From an uncultured Desulfobacterales bacterium (GTDB lineage: Bacteria > Desulfobacterota > Desulfobaccia > Desulfobaccales > 0-14-0-80-60-11), in NCBI GenBank assembly GCA_964480485.1, contig CAYZOP010000007.1, positions 3,914 through 67,913 on the forward strand: a stretch of DNA of 64,000 bases, in the 5' to 3' direction. Position 1 is the first letter of the stretch, and each line of letters opens with the position of its first letter. The position numbers and the translations under genes were made by a program. Positions 48,344 to 59,344 of this stretch are shown piece after piece. The notes beneath the pieces were generated by a model that searched no databases, was not told the origin of the DNA, and worked only from the letters and a program-made list of their open reading frames with translations.

Positions 48344-48691
48344 TTAATCCGCCGGCGGCGCGGCGGCCGGCGCCGGCTCCACGGACTCTTCCGTTACCAG
48401 GCCGGCCCGTTTCATCTCCTGGCCCAGGATTTCCAGGTTGTGCTTCAGGTGGCGAATGGTCTGGCGCTGTTTGACGAAATCGATAATAAAATAGAGAAAC
48501 GCGGTGAAGACCCCCAAAAAATAGCTAAAGAGCACCAGCACCCACAAGGGGATGTGGGCCGTCTGCAGACTCATCAGGTAGATGTCGAAGCGCAGCTGGA
48601 CTGAGTGCTCCAGGACCACCCGGTTTTCCAGGATAAAGACAATCCCGAACAGCACCAGGATGAAGCCGATCATCACTTTGACGTAGCGCAT
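48344..48691 (-). CDS. LapA-family (DUF1049) inner-membrane protein
   Basis: 115 aa with two TM helices, followed by a coiled C-terminus (FVKQRQTIRHLKHNLEILGQEMK). Confidence 0.68.
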   Translation of the reverse strand: MRYVKVMIGFILVLFGIVFILENRVVLEHSVQLRFDIYLMSLQTAHIPLWVLVLFSYFLGVFTAFLYFIIDFVKQRQTIRHLKHNLEILGQEMKRAGLVTEESVEPAPAAAPPAD

Positions 48692-49188
48692 GGGGGATCC
48701 TCATCGGGAAGCGCCTGAAAGTGAGGAGCCAGGCGTTCGAAAGTTTGACGAAAATGCTCCGGTATCACCCGAACGTCGGCGAAGACCGGAATATAATTAG
48801 TGTCCCCGTGCCAGCGGGGCACGATATGCCAATGGAGATGGCTCTCCACCCCGGCGCCCGCCACCAGCCCCACGTTGAGCCCCACGTTGAAGCCGTCCGG
48901 TCGCATGGTCTCCTTCAGGATGCGCATGGCATGGCGCAGCTTGATCTGCAGGTCCAGGAGCTCCGGCGGCGTCAGGTCTTCCAGGAGCGGCACGTGGCGC
49001 AGGGGCGACACCAGCAGGTGGCCGTTGATATACGGGAATTTATTCATCATCACCCGGCTGCGCCTGCCGCTGAAGAGCACCAGACGCTGGGCCAGGTCTT
49101 CTTCGGGCCAGGGGCAAAAGATGCATCCAGGAGGCTTGTCCTCCCCCAGAATATACTCCATCCTCCAGGGGGCCCAGAGTGTTTTCAT
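48673..49188 (-). CDS. HIT-family nucleotide hydrolase/transferase
   Basis: Histidine-triad motif HLHWHIVPRW. Confidence 0.85.
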   Translation of the reverse strand: MKTLWAPWRMEYILGEDKPPGCIFCPWPEEDLAQRLVLFSGRRSRVMMNKFPYINGHLLVSPLRHVPLLEDLTPPELLDLQIKLRHAMRILKETMRPDGFNVGLNVGLVAGAGVESHLHWHIVPRWHGDTNYIPVFADVRVIPEHFRQTFERLAPHFQALPDEDPPCATSK

Positions 49189-49423
49189 CGGTCAACCAGC
49201 CTTGCGCGCGAGCAAAGGGCGGCCCGGATAAGACCGCCTCTTGGGCTTGCACTATACCACGATGGCCTCAAGTTTCAAGGGGTTTCTGCCCAAGAACCCG
49301 CCTCGGGCGCGGATAAGCCGAGGATTAACCTAAAAAAATCCAAGACCAAAGGAGTGCCGGAGCTGGGCGCCCGCCCTCGCAGAGATGACGGCCGGGGCCG
49401 GCCGTCCCGCCGGAATAACGGCT

Positions 49424-50434
49424 TTAAGAACCCGCAGGCACCAGGGAAAACCTGGGGCGGATTACCCCCACGTTTTCCTTACGGTTATTCAGGACGGCCG
49501 GCTGGCGGTAGGAGGCCAGAGCCTGCCGGTGGGCGTCGGTGAGCAGCCCCAGGTCGTCCGCCACCTGGAGGATCACCGGGTTCAGAGCCCGGGAGGCGCC
49601 GTCCTCGATCTTCACCGCCACCCCCAGGCCTTCCTGTACCAGGGCCAGGCCGAAGCCCCCCTCCGCCCCGGTTTTGGCAAAGACCCGGCCGGAGAGCTGC
49701 TCCATGAGCACGGTTTCCAGGCGGCCGTCGCCGGCCAGGTTCTTGGGGTGGGCCAAGCCCGCGGCCAGGATCTGGGCCTCAGGCGTACCCACCGGAGCCG
49801 TGGCCAGCCGGGCGAAGGCCCGGGCGATGGTGCTCAAGGAAAGATAAAAGGTGGGAACCCCGCAGCCGTCCACCGCCGTCGGCACCTCCTCGGGAGCAAG
49901 CCCGGCCGCGGCGGCCACGGTTTGGTGCATGAGGCGCTGCACCGGGTGGGCAAGCTCATAATAGCCCTCCACCGGCCAGCCGTGGTGCACACACAGGGCC
50001 AGCATCATGGCGTGCTTGCCGGCGCAGGTGTGGTGGAGGGCGGTGGGGTGCTGTCCGGCCTCAGTAAGCGCCTTGGCCGAGGGCCGGTGCAGGGGCGCAT
50101 GGGCCCCGCACTGAAGCGCCGCCGGGGTGAGATTGAGGCGCGCCAGCACGCTGGTCACCAGGGCCACGTGAAAGTCCTGGCCGGAAAGGGAGCCTGAAAA
50201 CAGGGCCAATTCCTGGGGGCCGAAGCCGAAGGCCGCGGCGGCGCCGCTGGTGATGACCGGCAGGGCCTGGAAGGGCTTGGCCAGGGAGCGCAGACACACC
50301 ATAGCCTCGGGGTCGCCCAGGGCATGCTTTAGACTTCCCTGAGCGTCGGCTACCGCGATCTCCCCCCGGTGGCGGCACTCCACCAAGGGGCCCCGGGTAA
50401 CTTCAATGAGCACTGGAGGGGTTTTCTCTGACAC
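49424..50434 (-). CDS. Asparaginase II family protein
   Basis: 336 aa. N-terminus VEVTRG.LVE..HRG...V and the body resemble the PF06089 family. Confidence 0.75.
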   Translation of the reverse strand: MSEKTPPVLIEVTRGPLVECRHRGEIAVADAQGSLKHALGDPEAMVCLRSLAKPFQALPVITSGAAAAFGFGPQELALFSGSLSGQDFHVALVTSVLARLNLTPAALQCGAHAPLHRPSAKALTEAGQHPTALHHTCAGKHAMMLALCVHHGWPVEGYYELAHPVQRLMHQTVAAAAGLAPEEVPTAVDGCGVPTFYLSLSTIARAFARLATAPVGTPEAQILAAGLAHPKNLAGDGRLETVLMEQLSGRVFAKTGAEGGFGLALVQEGLGVAVKIEDGASRALNPVILQVADDLGLLTDAHRQALASYRQPAVLNNRKENVGVIRPRFSLVPAGS

Positions 50435-50449
50435 CGGCTCTTTCCCCTT

Positions 50450-51214
50450 TTACTGACCGAGGTGCGCGAGGGCGTTGTGCAGCGGAGTGTTGGAGACCTT
50501 GAGCAGACCCTCGTACGGTGCATCCAACTCCAGGATCAAAAACAAGGCCCCAGCGGAGGAAAACGCGCAGATGAACAAAATCATACATACCGTTGAGAGG
50601 CGAGGGGACAATAGGCCAAAACTGAAGAAGATGACGGTGAGCCAGCCGACCAAGACCACCAAAAACGGCATCGGGATCGACCTCTGCCCAATTTGCGCGA
50701 TGAGAAGCCAGCGGGCCTCGGCAATTTCACCGCTCACCTGCAAGGCTCGGGACTGAAGCCAGCGTTGGGTGTCTGTTTGGGGAGCCAGTCGGCGGAGTTC
50801 GGTCTGGACAATCTCGATATCCACCCATCCCTCCAGATCCTTCCCCATCGCCGTCGCGTTCTCTTCCTCTGGCCATATTCGCTGGATGGAGGAGGCCACG
50901 GCGCGGCGCAGTGAATCTCGGGCTTCCTTCGTCTCCGGCCCATAATGGGCCATGCAGCGGTCGAGCAGAATGGCGCGACCCGCCACCTGTCTGATGGCGC
51001 CGCTCATCGTATCAAACGTGCCCTTGGCCGAGGCGATGAGCAAGCTAAGAACCAGGGCGGCTATGGTGGCAATCGTCCCCACTCCCAGCTTCACTGTATC
51101 CCTTGACTCGTCGCTCAGGTGGTGAGCTGGGAGAAAATGACGGACGACCATTCCCAGCAGCGTGCCGCCGATCATGCAAGCAAAAGCGATCAGGGAAATT
51201 TTAAGGTCGCTCAA
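50450..51214 (-). CDS. Membrane protein (DUF4239-like)
   Basis: 254 aa with TM helices at both ends. The family assignment is from memory only. Confidence 0.55.
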   Translation of the reverse strand: MSDLKISLIAFACMIGGTLLGMVVRHFLPAHHLSDESRDTVKLGVGTIATIAALVLSLLIASAKGTFDTMSGAIRQVAGRAILLDRCMAHYGPETKEARDSLRRAVASSIQRIWPEEENATAMGKDLEGWVDIEIVQTELRRLAPQTDTQRWLQSRALQVSGEIAEARWLLIAQIGQRSIPMPFLVVLVGWLTVIFFSFGLLSPRLSTVCMILFICAFSSAGALFLILELDAPYEGLLKVSNTPLHNALAHLGQ

Positions 51215-51253
51215 CGTTTTTCCTCAGAAATCGAGCAATGGAGAGCCATTGCC

Positions 51254-52162
51254 TCAACCCCGCCAGGCGGCGTAGAGCAAAGCCAGGGTCTGGGTGAGGC
51301 CAAAGATGAAGTGGGTCTTGACGGTCAGGGCCTGGAGGGCGATGAATTCCTCTTCCCCGGGGTCCAGCTCAAAGGCCAAACGGCCGGCTTTGAGGGCCAG
51401 GGGCAGGGCCGTGAAGCAGGCCAGCAGGTGCGGCGGCAGCCTGAAGGCCTCCATGAGCAGAAACAGGCAGGCGAAGGGCGCCAGCATGAGCCCCGCGTAG
51501 ACCCAGCGGGAAAGCCTCAGCCCCAGGCGGCTCATGAGGTGGCGCTTGCCCGCGGCCTCGTCCGCCTCCAGATCCGGGAACTCGTTGATCCAGAGGATGG
51601 CGGTGATGAGAAAGGCCAGGGGCAAGCCCACCGCCAAGCCCACGGCTTTGAAGGACCCGGTCAGGACATACCAGGTGCCCAGGGTTAAAACCGGGCCGAA
51701 GGCCAGGAAAATAGTCGCCTCCCCCAGCCCCAGGCTCATGAGCTGCACCGGCGCCGCGGAGTAAAGGTAGGCAAAAAGGAAGCCCAGCATCCCCACCACC
51801 GCCACATACGGGCGGCCCAGGTAGATGAGGGCCAGGCCGCACAACGCCCCCAGGCCCAGAAAGCAGTAGGCCAGGTTCCGCACCGCGGCGGCGGACAGCT
51901 CCTGCCGGAGGATGACCCGGCTGCCGCCGCTGTAAGGGCTCTCAAAGCGGTTTAGGGGGTCGCTTCCGAAGGAGTCGTAGTAGTCGTTGATGAGGTTGCC
52001 CCCGGAGTGCAGCGCGGCCACGCCCAAGGCGGTGAGGAGCACCAGGCGCAGGCTGAAGGCGCCCTGCACCAGGTAGGCCAGGGCCGCAGCCGCGGCCACC
52101 GGCATCAGGGAGCCGGTGAGGAAAGGCAAGCGCATGGCCCGGATCAAGACGCCCAGCTTCAT
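51254..52162 (-). CDS. UbiA-family aromatic prenyltransferase (MenA-like)
   Basis: MKLGVLIRAMRLPFLTGSL..., NDYYD motif, polytopic. The start is taken at ATG 52162. The upstream 62 codons of the track ORF cover repeat copy d. Confidence 0.8.
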   Translation of the reverse strand: MKLGVLIRAMRLPFLTGSLMPVAAAAALAYLVQGAFSLRLVLLTALGVAALHSGGNLINDYYDSFGSDPLNRFESPYSGGSRVILRQELSAAAVRNLAYCFLGLGALCGLALIYLGRPYVAVVGMLGFLFAYLYSAAPVQLMSLGLGEATIFLAFGPVLTLGTWYVLTGSFKAVGLAVGLPLAFLITAILWINEFPDLEADEAAGKRHLMSRLGLRLSRWVYAGLMLAPFACLFLLMEAFRLPPHLLACFTALPLALKAGRLAFELDPGEEEFIALQALTVKTHFIFGLTQTLALLYAAWRG

Positions 52163-52228
52163 TGCGTAATCCCTGAGTTTTAGGCGATTATAGAAGCTCC
52201 TGACCACCTTTGTCAATGAGGGCTGCGA

Positions 52229-53367
<1,139 letters not shown>

Positions 53368-53399
53368 ACGCAAAGGAATCGCTTCCGAGGAAGAACCTG

Positions 53400-53422
53400 G
53401 GGCGCCGGCGGCGCCCTTTTTT
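53400..53422 (+). terminator. Rho-independent terminator after mdh
   Basis: GGGCGCC-ggc-GGCGCCC stem followed by TTTTTT. Confidence 0.7.
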
Positions 53423-53555
53423 CGTTCTCTTGACCGGTTCCGGACCAGCGGAAATTTTGGGCGCCCTTCCCTCCTTTTACCGGAAACCGCCTGCCTCCCC
53501 TTAAGTTTTTGCCAAAACCCGTCGATGACCAGATGACAAGACACTACCGCCACGG

Positions 53556-55010
53556 GTGGGCCTGATGGGGAAGGAAGTGGAGGGCATGATGCAGGAACGG
53601 CAGATTGAGCTTTCCTTGGAAATGGAAGCGGGGGACTTCAGTGTCCGCGTGGCCGGGGTCACCATGAACGTTCGCCTCAAGGGCGAAAATGGCGGCGCCG
53701 GGGCGGCTGGCCCGGCGTTGCGCTCCGAGTCCCGACGTCAGGCCTTGCCGGACCCGTCAGTTCCCCTGGAAACCGAGGCCCACCGGCTGGCCCGGGAAGC
53801 GGCTTGTTATCGAAGAATTTCCGAGGAGATTTACACCGGCCTGGGAAAGCTGGCCAAGGAGATCAATCTTTCCCTTCAGGATTTGTCATTGGCGGAAATC
53901 ATCCAGGGCAAGGCGACTTCTCCCGGAGAGCGCCTGGATCAGGCCCGGCTTCAGCTCAGCGACGTGCTGGCCATGACGGAGCGGGCCACTTTGAACATCC
54001 TGGAGCTGGTGGACCTTATCCAGCGGGACTGCGGGGTGCTGGAGGAGGTGTTGGCCTCACTGGCGGCAGGCACCCAGGCTGAAGGTCCCGCAGGCCGGGA
54101 CGGAGAAGACCCGCCCCCAGAGACCTGGGCAGAGGTGCTCAGGGCCGCCCGGGAACTGGGTGAGCTCGTTCGCAACCAGACCCCGGAACCCCCGTCGGGG
54201 TCTCCCGGGATGTTGCGGTTTTCCTTGGCTGATACCTTGCAAATGCTCCTGGAAACCTGTAGCACCGAGGCAGTGAAGCCGCACTTGAAATCATTGCTGG
54301 CGCGGCAGGCGGTGTTATTCCCCACCGAGGCGGTGGAGCAGACGCTTTCCCGGCTGGCAGCTCAAGCTCCGGTGGAAGCGGGCTTTCATCAGGTTCCGGT
54401 GGTCGAGATCATCAAGGTGCTGAAAGACCATTGTGAGGAGGAGCGCAGCCGGGAGTTGCTGACCAAGCTCCTGGGGTCGGCGGGGAAAATCTTTCCGGGC
54501 CCTGACATCCCCCTGGAAGGCTATCCCGCCCCTCAGCCCCTTACGGAAGAGACCGTTGACCTGTGGCCGCGGTGGGAGGCTTTCATGGTTCTGCTGGAGT
54601 CCGCTGTGCAGACCCCAGGCCGGCCAAGCGGCCAACCGGCGGCCGGGCGCACCGCCGAGGCTCTGGCCGCCGCCGGCCGCATCCGGGACTCCCTCGCCCG
54701 GATTACCGAAGCCCTGTCCTTCCAGGACCTTTCCGGGCAACGCCTGCTGAAAGTCATGAAGATCCTGCGCCAGGTGCAGGCTCAGGTGCTGACCCTGTTG
54801 GTGGCTACCGGCCACCAGTTGAAATTGGTGGAGGCAGGCCAGGAAATTTCTTTGCAGGAATGTGAGGCCCTGGCCCAGGAAGAGCTCATTCGAGCGATCC
54901 ACTACCCTCCTCCGGCAGAGAGCGCCGAGGCGTTTCAGCAATCCCCGGCGCACCAGGAGCCTTTGGATCAGGAAGCCATCAACGCCCTGTTGGCAGGCCT
55001 CGGCTTCTAG
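53556..55010 (+). CDS. cheZ: CheZ-like chemotaxis phosphatase, long form
   Basis: Catalytic-type motif SFQDLSGQRLLKVM (CheZ has FQDLTGQ). The C-terminal peptide LDQEAINALLAGLGF resembles the E. coli CheZ CheY-binding tail QDQVDDLLDSLGF. The start is uncertain (GTG 53556, or ATG 53565 or 53586). Confidence 0.62.
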   Translation: MGLMGKEVEGMMQERQIELSLEMEAGDFSVRVAGVTMNVRLKGENGGAGAAGPALRSESRRQALPDPSVPLETEAHRLAREAACYRRISEEIYTGLGKLAKEINLSLQDLSLAEIIQGKATSPGERLDQARLQLSDVLAMTERATLNILELVDLIQRDCGVLEEVLASLAAGTQAEGPAGRDGEDPPPETWAEVLRAARELGELVRNQTPEPPSGSPGMLRFSLADTLQMLLETCSTEAVKPHLKSLLARQAVLFPTEAVEQTLSRLAAQAPVEAGFHQVPVVEIIKVLKDHCEEERSRELLTKLLGSAGKIFPGPDIPLEGYPAPQPLTEETVDLWPRWEAFMVLLESAVQTPGRPSGQPAAGRTAEALAAAGRIRDSLARITEALSFQDLSGQRLLKVMKILRQVQAQVLTLLVATGHQLKLVEAGQEISLQECEALAQEELIRAIHYPPPAESAEAFQQSPAHQEPLDQEAINALLAGLGF

Positions 55011-55583
55011 CCGACAACCTTGACTGGGCGAGCATGGTGCTGAGTCTGCCGGGAATACGGGCTCAGGATTTGCCCTCCAAGAAATTGGGGGGAAGAGGCT
55101 ACCGCCCGGGGGCCGATTGCCATGGGTTGGGGTCAATCTTTCAAGCCCTCTCACCATCGATTATTTTCTACCCGCCCGGGTCGGGGGCAAAGGGTTTGGT
55201 CCCAGAAATACCCGGACCTTGCCGTCGGCAGCATGATTTGAGGGGTTGGACCTTGGTTTTCAAGAGCTTTTTTGAAAGCCTGTCAGAGCCTCCCGGAACC
55301 GAGGCCGGCATAACATTTGCATGAGCTCTGGCATATGCTGCACAAACCAGTCTTCCAACAGTGCCAGAATGGTAAGCCGGTGCTGCGCACGGGCGCGAAT
55401 GCCCACAGAATTCCGTCTTCTTTTGCCCCCACCGGGGCGGCGGGCCAGTCCCCTTCCTTTGCGGCACTTCTTTCCCAGGCGTGCCACCTCCGGCTCCAGC
55501 ACGGTGCCCAGGCGGGTGGGGCCCGACCGGATCTTCTTCGTTTCCGGGTCCGCGGCCATTTGGGGGATGCCCACCTCTCCCGG

Positions 55584-56183
55584 ATGTTGCTCAGCAGTGG
55601 GTTGCGGCGCCATGGGGGCGCCAGTCTGGCTCTTCGCCCCCATGGGGGTGGGAGGGGGACCACCGTTCGGGGAGAGGTGGAGCGTCTCTTTCGCCACGCC
55701 CGGGGTGGCGGGCGTCCCAGTCCCGGCCAGGAAGCATTCCAGGAATTGATCCGGGAATCCTCAAGGAAGCACGGGGTTCCTGAGGACCTGATCCGGGCGG
55801 TCATCAAAGTGGAGAGCAACTTCAATCCCCAGGCCACCTCTCCGGCCGGGGCCATGGGATTGATGCAGCTGATGCCCGGCACCGCCAAGGAGCTGGGTGT
55901 ACGTCAGCCCTATGATCCCCGGGAAAATATTGACGGCGGCACGCGCTATCTTAAAGAACTTCTGAGCCGCTACCGGGGAAACGTCCCCATGGCGTTAGCC
56001 GCCTATAACTGGGGTCCGGGCAATCTGGAGCGGGGCAAAGCGCTGCCCGCCGAAACCCGCAACTATCTGCAATTGGTGGGGCGCCACCTAAGCCGGAAAC
56101 CGGTCCAACCTCCGGAAGCTCCCATCATTCCCCCCGCACCCGCCACCAATCACCTCTTCAGCCCCGCCACCATACCCTCCTGA
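55584..56183 (+). CDS. Lytic transglycosylase (SLT domain), start unresolved
   Basis: SLT motifs [20 protein letters not shown] and AYNWGPG lie within 55790-56020. The frame is open from 55317. Candidate starts are TTG 55317, ATG 55584, GTG 55677 and TTG 55746. No signal peptide is seen. Confidence 0.65.
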   Translation: MLLSSGLRRHGGASLALRPHGGGRGTTVRGEVERLFRHARGGGRPSPGQEAFQELIRESSRKHGVPEDLIRAVIKVESNFNPQATSPAGAMGLMQLMPGTAKELGVRQPYDPRENIDGGTRYLKELLSRYRGNVPMALAAYNWGPGNLERGKALPAETRNYLQLVGRHLSRKPVQPPEAPIIPPAPATNHLFSPATIPS

Positions 56184-56374
56184 ATGGCTGGTCCAGGCCG
56201 GAACGGCATCTGAGCCACCCTCCGGCCTCGCTTGGCTAAGTGGAAGTGCGGTTCACCCCAGGGTTTTCTGGCCGCCTTGCCGATCCAGGTCCCGGGCTAC
56301 GGGCCTGCGAGCCATGGACCCGGAACCGCTCCTTCCCGCCCCCCTGATTCCACGATTTTCCCAGGATTAAGAAA

Positions 56375-56401
56375 ATTAAGCCCACCCACCTGGTGCCGAT
56401 A
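56375..56401 (+). promoter_or_regulatory. Sigma28 (FliA)-like promoter upstream of motA/motB set 2
   Basis: TTAA-N15-GCCGATAT, compared with the consensus TAAA-N15-GCCGATAA. Lies 125 nt upstream of the ATG at 56526. Confidence 0.45.
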
Positions 56402-56525
56402 TATAGGTTAGCTATGCCAGATCACCCCTACCCAGCCGCAGCCGCCCCAATTCCCTCCCCAAGGGCGCCGCGCCTTCATCGAGCCCTGGGAACGCCACCC
56501 CAAAGGGCAATCACGGGGGACGGCC

Positions 56526-57377
56526 ATGGATAAGGCGACCTTGACCGGGCTCTTCCTGGGAGCTCTGGCCGTTGTCGGCGGCCACTTTCTGGAGGGCGGC
56601 TCCCTGGGAATGATCCTTCAGGCTACCGCGCTGGTCATCGTCCTGGGGGGGACCTGTGGGGCGGTTTGCCTGAGCTTCTCCTGGGTCCATATCCGCCAGG
56701 CTCTCCGGGCCTTGCCTCGGATCTTCCGGGAGCCGCCCGATGATGCCGAGGCGCACCTGACCCAACTGGTGGAGTTGGCCTACCAGGCCCGCAAGGAAGG
56801 GCTGCTGGCGCTGGAAAAGGAGATGCCAAACCTGCCCGATGCGTTTTGGCGGCGGGGGTTAAGCCTGCTGCTGGACGGCCTGCCGCCCGAACAGGTGCAG
56901 GAGGTCATGGCGGTGGAACTGGCCCAAGGCCATGAAGCGGCCCTGCAACCGGCGCGGGTCTTCGAGGCGGCCGGCGGCTACGCCCCCACCATCGGCATTC
57001 TGGGTGCGGTCCTGGGCCTCATCCAGGTCATGCAGCACCTCACAGAGCCGGCCAAACTGGGGACGGGCGTGGCGGTGGCTTTCGTGGCCACCATCTATGG
57101 AGTGTCGAGCGCCAACCTCTTTTTTCTGCCGGTGGCCCACAAGCTCCGGCTGTGGCAGGAGCAACGCTACCGGCAGCAGGAGATGGTCCTGGACGGTCTC
57201 TTGGCATTAGCCCGGGGGGAACATCCCCGCCTGATTGGCGAGCGGCTGCGCGGATACCTCCGGGAGGCCCCCCGGGATGCCTGGCAGGGGCTGCACTCCC
57301 CCAAAGTCAGGCGCCTCACTCCACGCTCCCCACGCGAAAGGTCTCATCATGCCCCGGCCAAGGCCCCTTCCCCCTAG
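56526..57377 (+). CDS. motA: Flagellar stator protein MotA/PomA-type, set 2
   Basis: 283 aa. Block AAGGYAPTIGILGAVLGLIQVM...AFVATIYGVSSANLFFLP. Confidence 0.88.
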   Translation: MDKATLTGLFLGALAVVGGHFLEGGSLGMILQATALVIVLGGTCGAVCLSFSWVHIRQALRALPRIFREPPDDAEAHLTQLVELAYQARKEGLLALEKEMPNLPDAFWRRGLSLLLDGLPPEQVQEVMAVELAQGHEAALQPARVFEAAGGYAPTIGILGAVLGLIQVMQHLTEPAKLGTGVAVAFVATIYGVSSANLFFLPVAHKLRLWQEQRYRQQEMVLDGLLALARGEHPRLIGERLRGYLREAPRDAWQGLHSPKVRRLTPRSPRERSHHAPAKAPSP

Positions 57378-58107
57378 CCCGCCGGGGGGTCCCTCCTCTG
57401 AGCGTTGGTTGGTGTCGTACGCCGACTTCATCACCTTGTTGCTGGCCTTTTTTGTGACCATGTACGCGATCACCCGCTTGGACAGCGAGAGACTGGCTCT
57501 GGCCCAACTCTCCATTCAGCGGGCGTTGCACGCCCCGGTCTTTCTGGGGGGGTTCCCGGTGACCAGCGGCATTGACGAGGTGGCGGCTGCCGGGATAAAG
57601 GGCGACCTGGCAGGAGCCGTCCTCCAGGATCGCCTGCCCGCCCAGATCCAGGAGGTGGCCCACCTGGTGCAGGAAAGTCTGCGCCAGGAGCGGGATGCCC
57701 AGGACATCCGCCTGGTTCTCACCGCCCGGGGGTTGGTCATCCACTTGCCGGAGTTCCTGTTCTTCCCTTCCGGCGATGCCGCCATCCGTCCGGAAGGGCA
57801 GGCGCTGGTGGGGACCCTGGCCGCCATCCTGGGCCGGATTCCCAACCACGTGGCCGTTGAAGGGCACACCGACGACCGCCCCATCCATACCCCCCACTTC
57901 CCTTCCAACTGGGAACTCTCCGCGCAGCGGGCCATCAACCTGGTGCGGCATTTTATCGAACAATATGGTCTGGAGCCGACCCGGTTTGTGGCGGCGGGCT
58001 ACGGTGAGTACGCCCCCGTGGCCGACAACCGCCAAGAAGAGGGTCGCCGTCTCAACCGCCGCGTCGATATCATCATCAAGCCCTTGGCCGGGAGCCGCCA
58101 GCGGTAG
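57349..58107 (+). CDS. motB: Flagellar stator protein MotB, set 2
   Basis: WLVSYADFITLLLAFFVTMYA and GHTDDRPI...NWELSAQRAINLVR. The ATG at 57349 overlaps the motA end. Confidence 0.88.
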   Translation: MPRPRPLPPSPPGGPSSERWLVSYADFITLLLAFFVTMYAITRLDSERLALAQLSIQRALHAPVFLGGFPVTSGIDEVAAAGIKGDLAGAVLQDRLPAQIQEVAHLVQESLRQERDAQDIRLVLTARGLVIHLPEFLFFPSGDAAIRPEGQALVGTLAAILGRIPNHVAVEGHTDDRPIHTPHFPSNWELSAQRAINLVRHFIEQYGLEPTRFVAAGYGEYAPVADNRQEEGRRLNRRVDIIIKPLAGSRQR

Positions 58108-58425
58108 TCTCGCCGGGGCTGGCGCTCGAGGGGTGGCGGGACGGGAATGTGTGGTTCCGCCTGGTTGCCCGCCGCAGTCCCGGTCTCATCCTTCCCCTCG
58201 TGCCCGGGCTTTCATGGGCTGGGGAGCGGTTTTTCTGGCGCGCTTCGGCGAGGATTCAAAAGCGCAGCCAGTCGCGCTGCCGCAGCACTTGCCCCATGGG
58301 CGAAGCCGATTCCGAAAAGCTCGGGGAACTGTGCTGGATTTGCGTGGTGATGGTGCAGGCTGGCACTCCCGGCTCCTCGCCGGGAGCCCGATTCCACCAT
58401 CTCTCAGCGGATTAGGGCCGTGGGA

Positions 58426-59334
58426 TTATTTGAGATTTTCCATGATGCGGATGGCCGCCGGCCCGATGATCACCACCATGAGGGCCGGGAAAATGAAGAG
58501 CAGCAAGGGAAAAACCAGCTTGACCGGAGTTTTAGCGGCCAACTCTTCCAGTTTCTGTCTGCGGGTGGTGCGCAGGGTGTCGGACTGCACTTTCAGGGCC
58601 TGAGCCATGCTGGTGCCGAAGCGGTCACTCTGGATTAACATGGAGCAAAGCGAGGCCACCTCTTCCACGCCGGTGCGATCCGCCAGATTCCTGAGGGCCT
58701 GTTCCCGATCCAAGCCGGCGCCGATCTCCAGGTTGACCAGGGTCAGTTCCCGGGATAAGGCCTGATTGGAGAGCCTGAGGTCGTCGGCTACCCGCTTCAG
58801 GGCGGCATTCAGGCCTTGCCCGGCCTCCACGCAGACCACCAGGAGATCCAGGGCGTCCGGCAACCCGTCCCGGATCTGCTTCTGTCGGGAATCCACCATC
58901 GCCCCCAGGATCAGGTTGGGGAGAAAATACCCGCCCGGCATCAGCACAAAGAAAAGCAGCAGCAACAGGCTTTTGGGGACTCCCAGGGTTAGCAGCAAGG
59001 GCAGGGCAATCACGGGCAAAGCCACCGCCAACCCCAGCTTGAGGCCCAGAAAGATGGAGAGGGACTTTTCACCCTGGAGCCCGGCTCGGTGCAGCGCTTT
59101 CTGCAACTCCTTGACATAAGCGCTGCCTCGTTTGATGCCCAACGTTTCCTCGGCCTTTTCCACCAACTCCCGGGGCAAAAACTCCCTGGGACGAAGGTCC
59201 GGAGGCAGCGCCCCCTCCTGGGAGGAACCTTTGAGACGCTGTCGCATCCGGGAGCTGCGGCTCCGGGAAAAAAGCCCCAGGAACCCGATCATGGCGGCGA
59301 TGCTAACCCCGAACAGGACGGCGGAAACGGTCAC
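58426..59334 (-). CDS. tadC: Tad/Flp pilus assembly protein TadC (T2SS-F domain)
   Basis: 302 aa. Polytopic T2SSF-type protein immediately downstream of tadB. Confidence 0.82.
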   Translation of the reverse strand: MTVSAVLFGVSIAAMIGFLGLFSRSRSSRMRQRLKGSSQEGALPPDLRPREFLPRELVEKAEETLGIKRGSAYVKELQKALHRAGLQGEKSLSIFLGLKLGLAVALPVIALPLLLTLGVPKSLLLLLFFVLMPGGYFLPNLILGAMVDSRQKQIRDGLPDALDLLVVCVEAGQGLNAALKRVADDLRLSNQALSRELTLVNLEIGAGLDREQALRNLADRTGVEEVASLCSMLIQSDRFGTSMAQALKVQSDTLRTTRRQKLEELAAKTPVKLVFPLLLFIFPALMVVIIGPAAIRIMENLK

Positions 59335-59344
59335 AGGCGTCCTC

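Noticed and set aside
58108-58425. Short ORFs in the convergent gap between motB-2 and tadC (58147..58350, 58149..58415, 58212..58400)
   Set aside because: They are mutually overlapping, lack an RBS, have low-complexity Arg/Ser/Gly-rich products, and show no recognisable motif.
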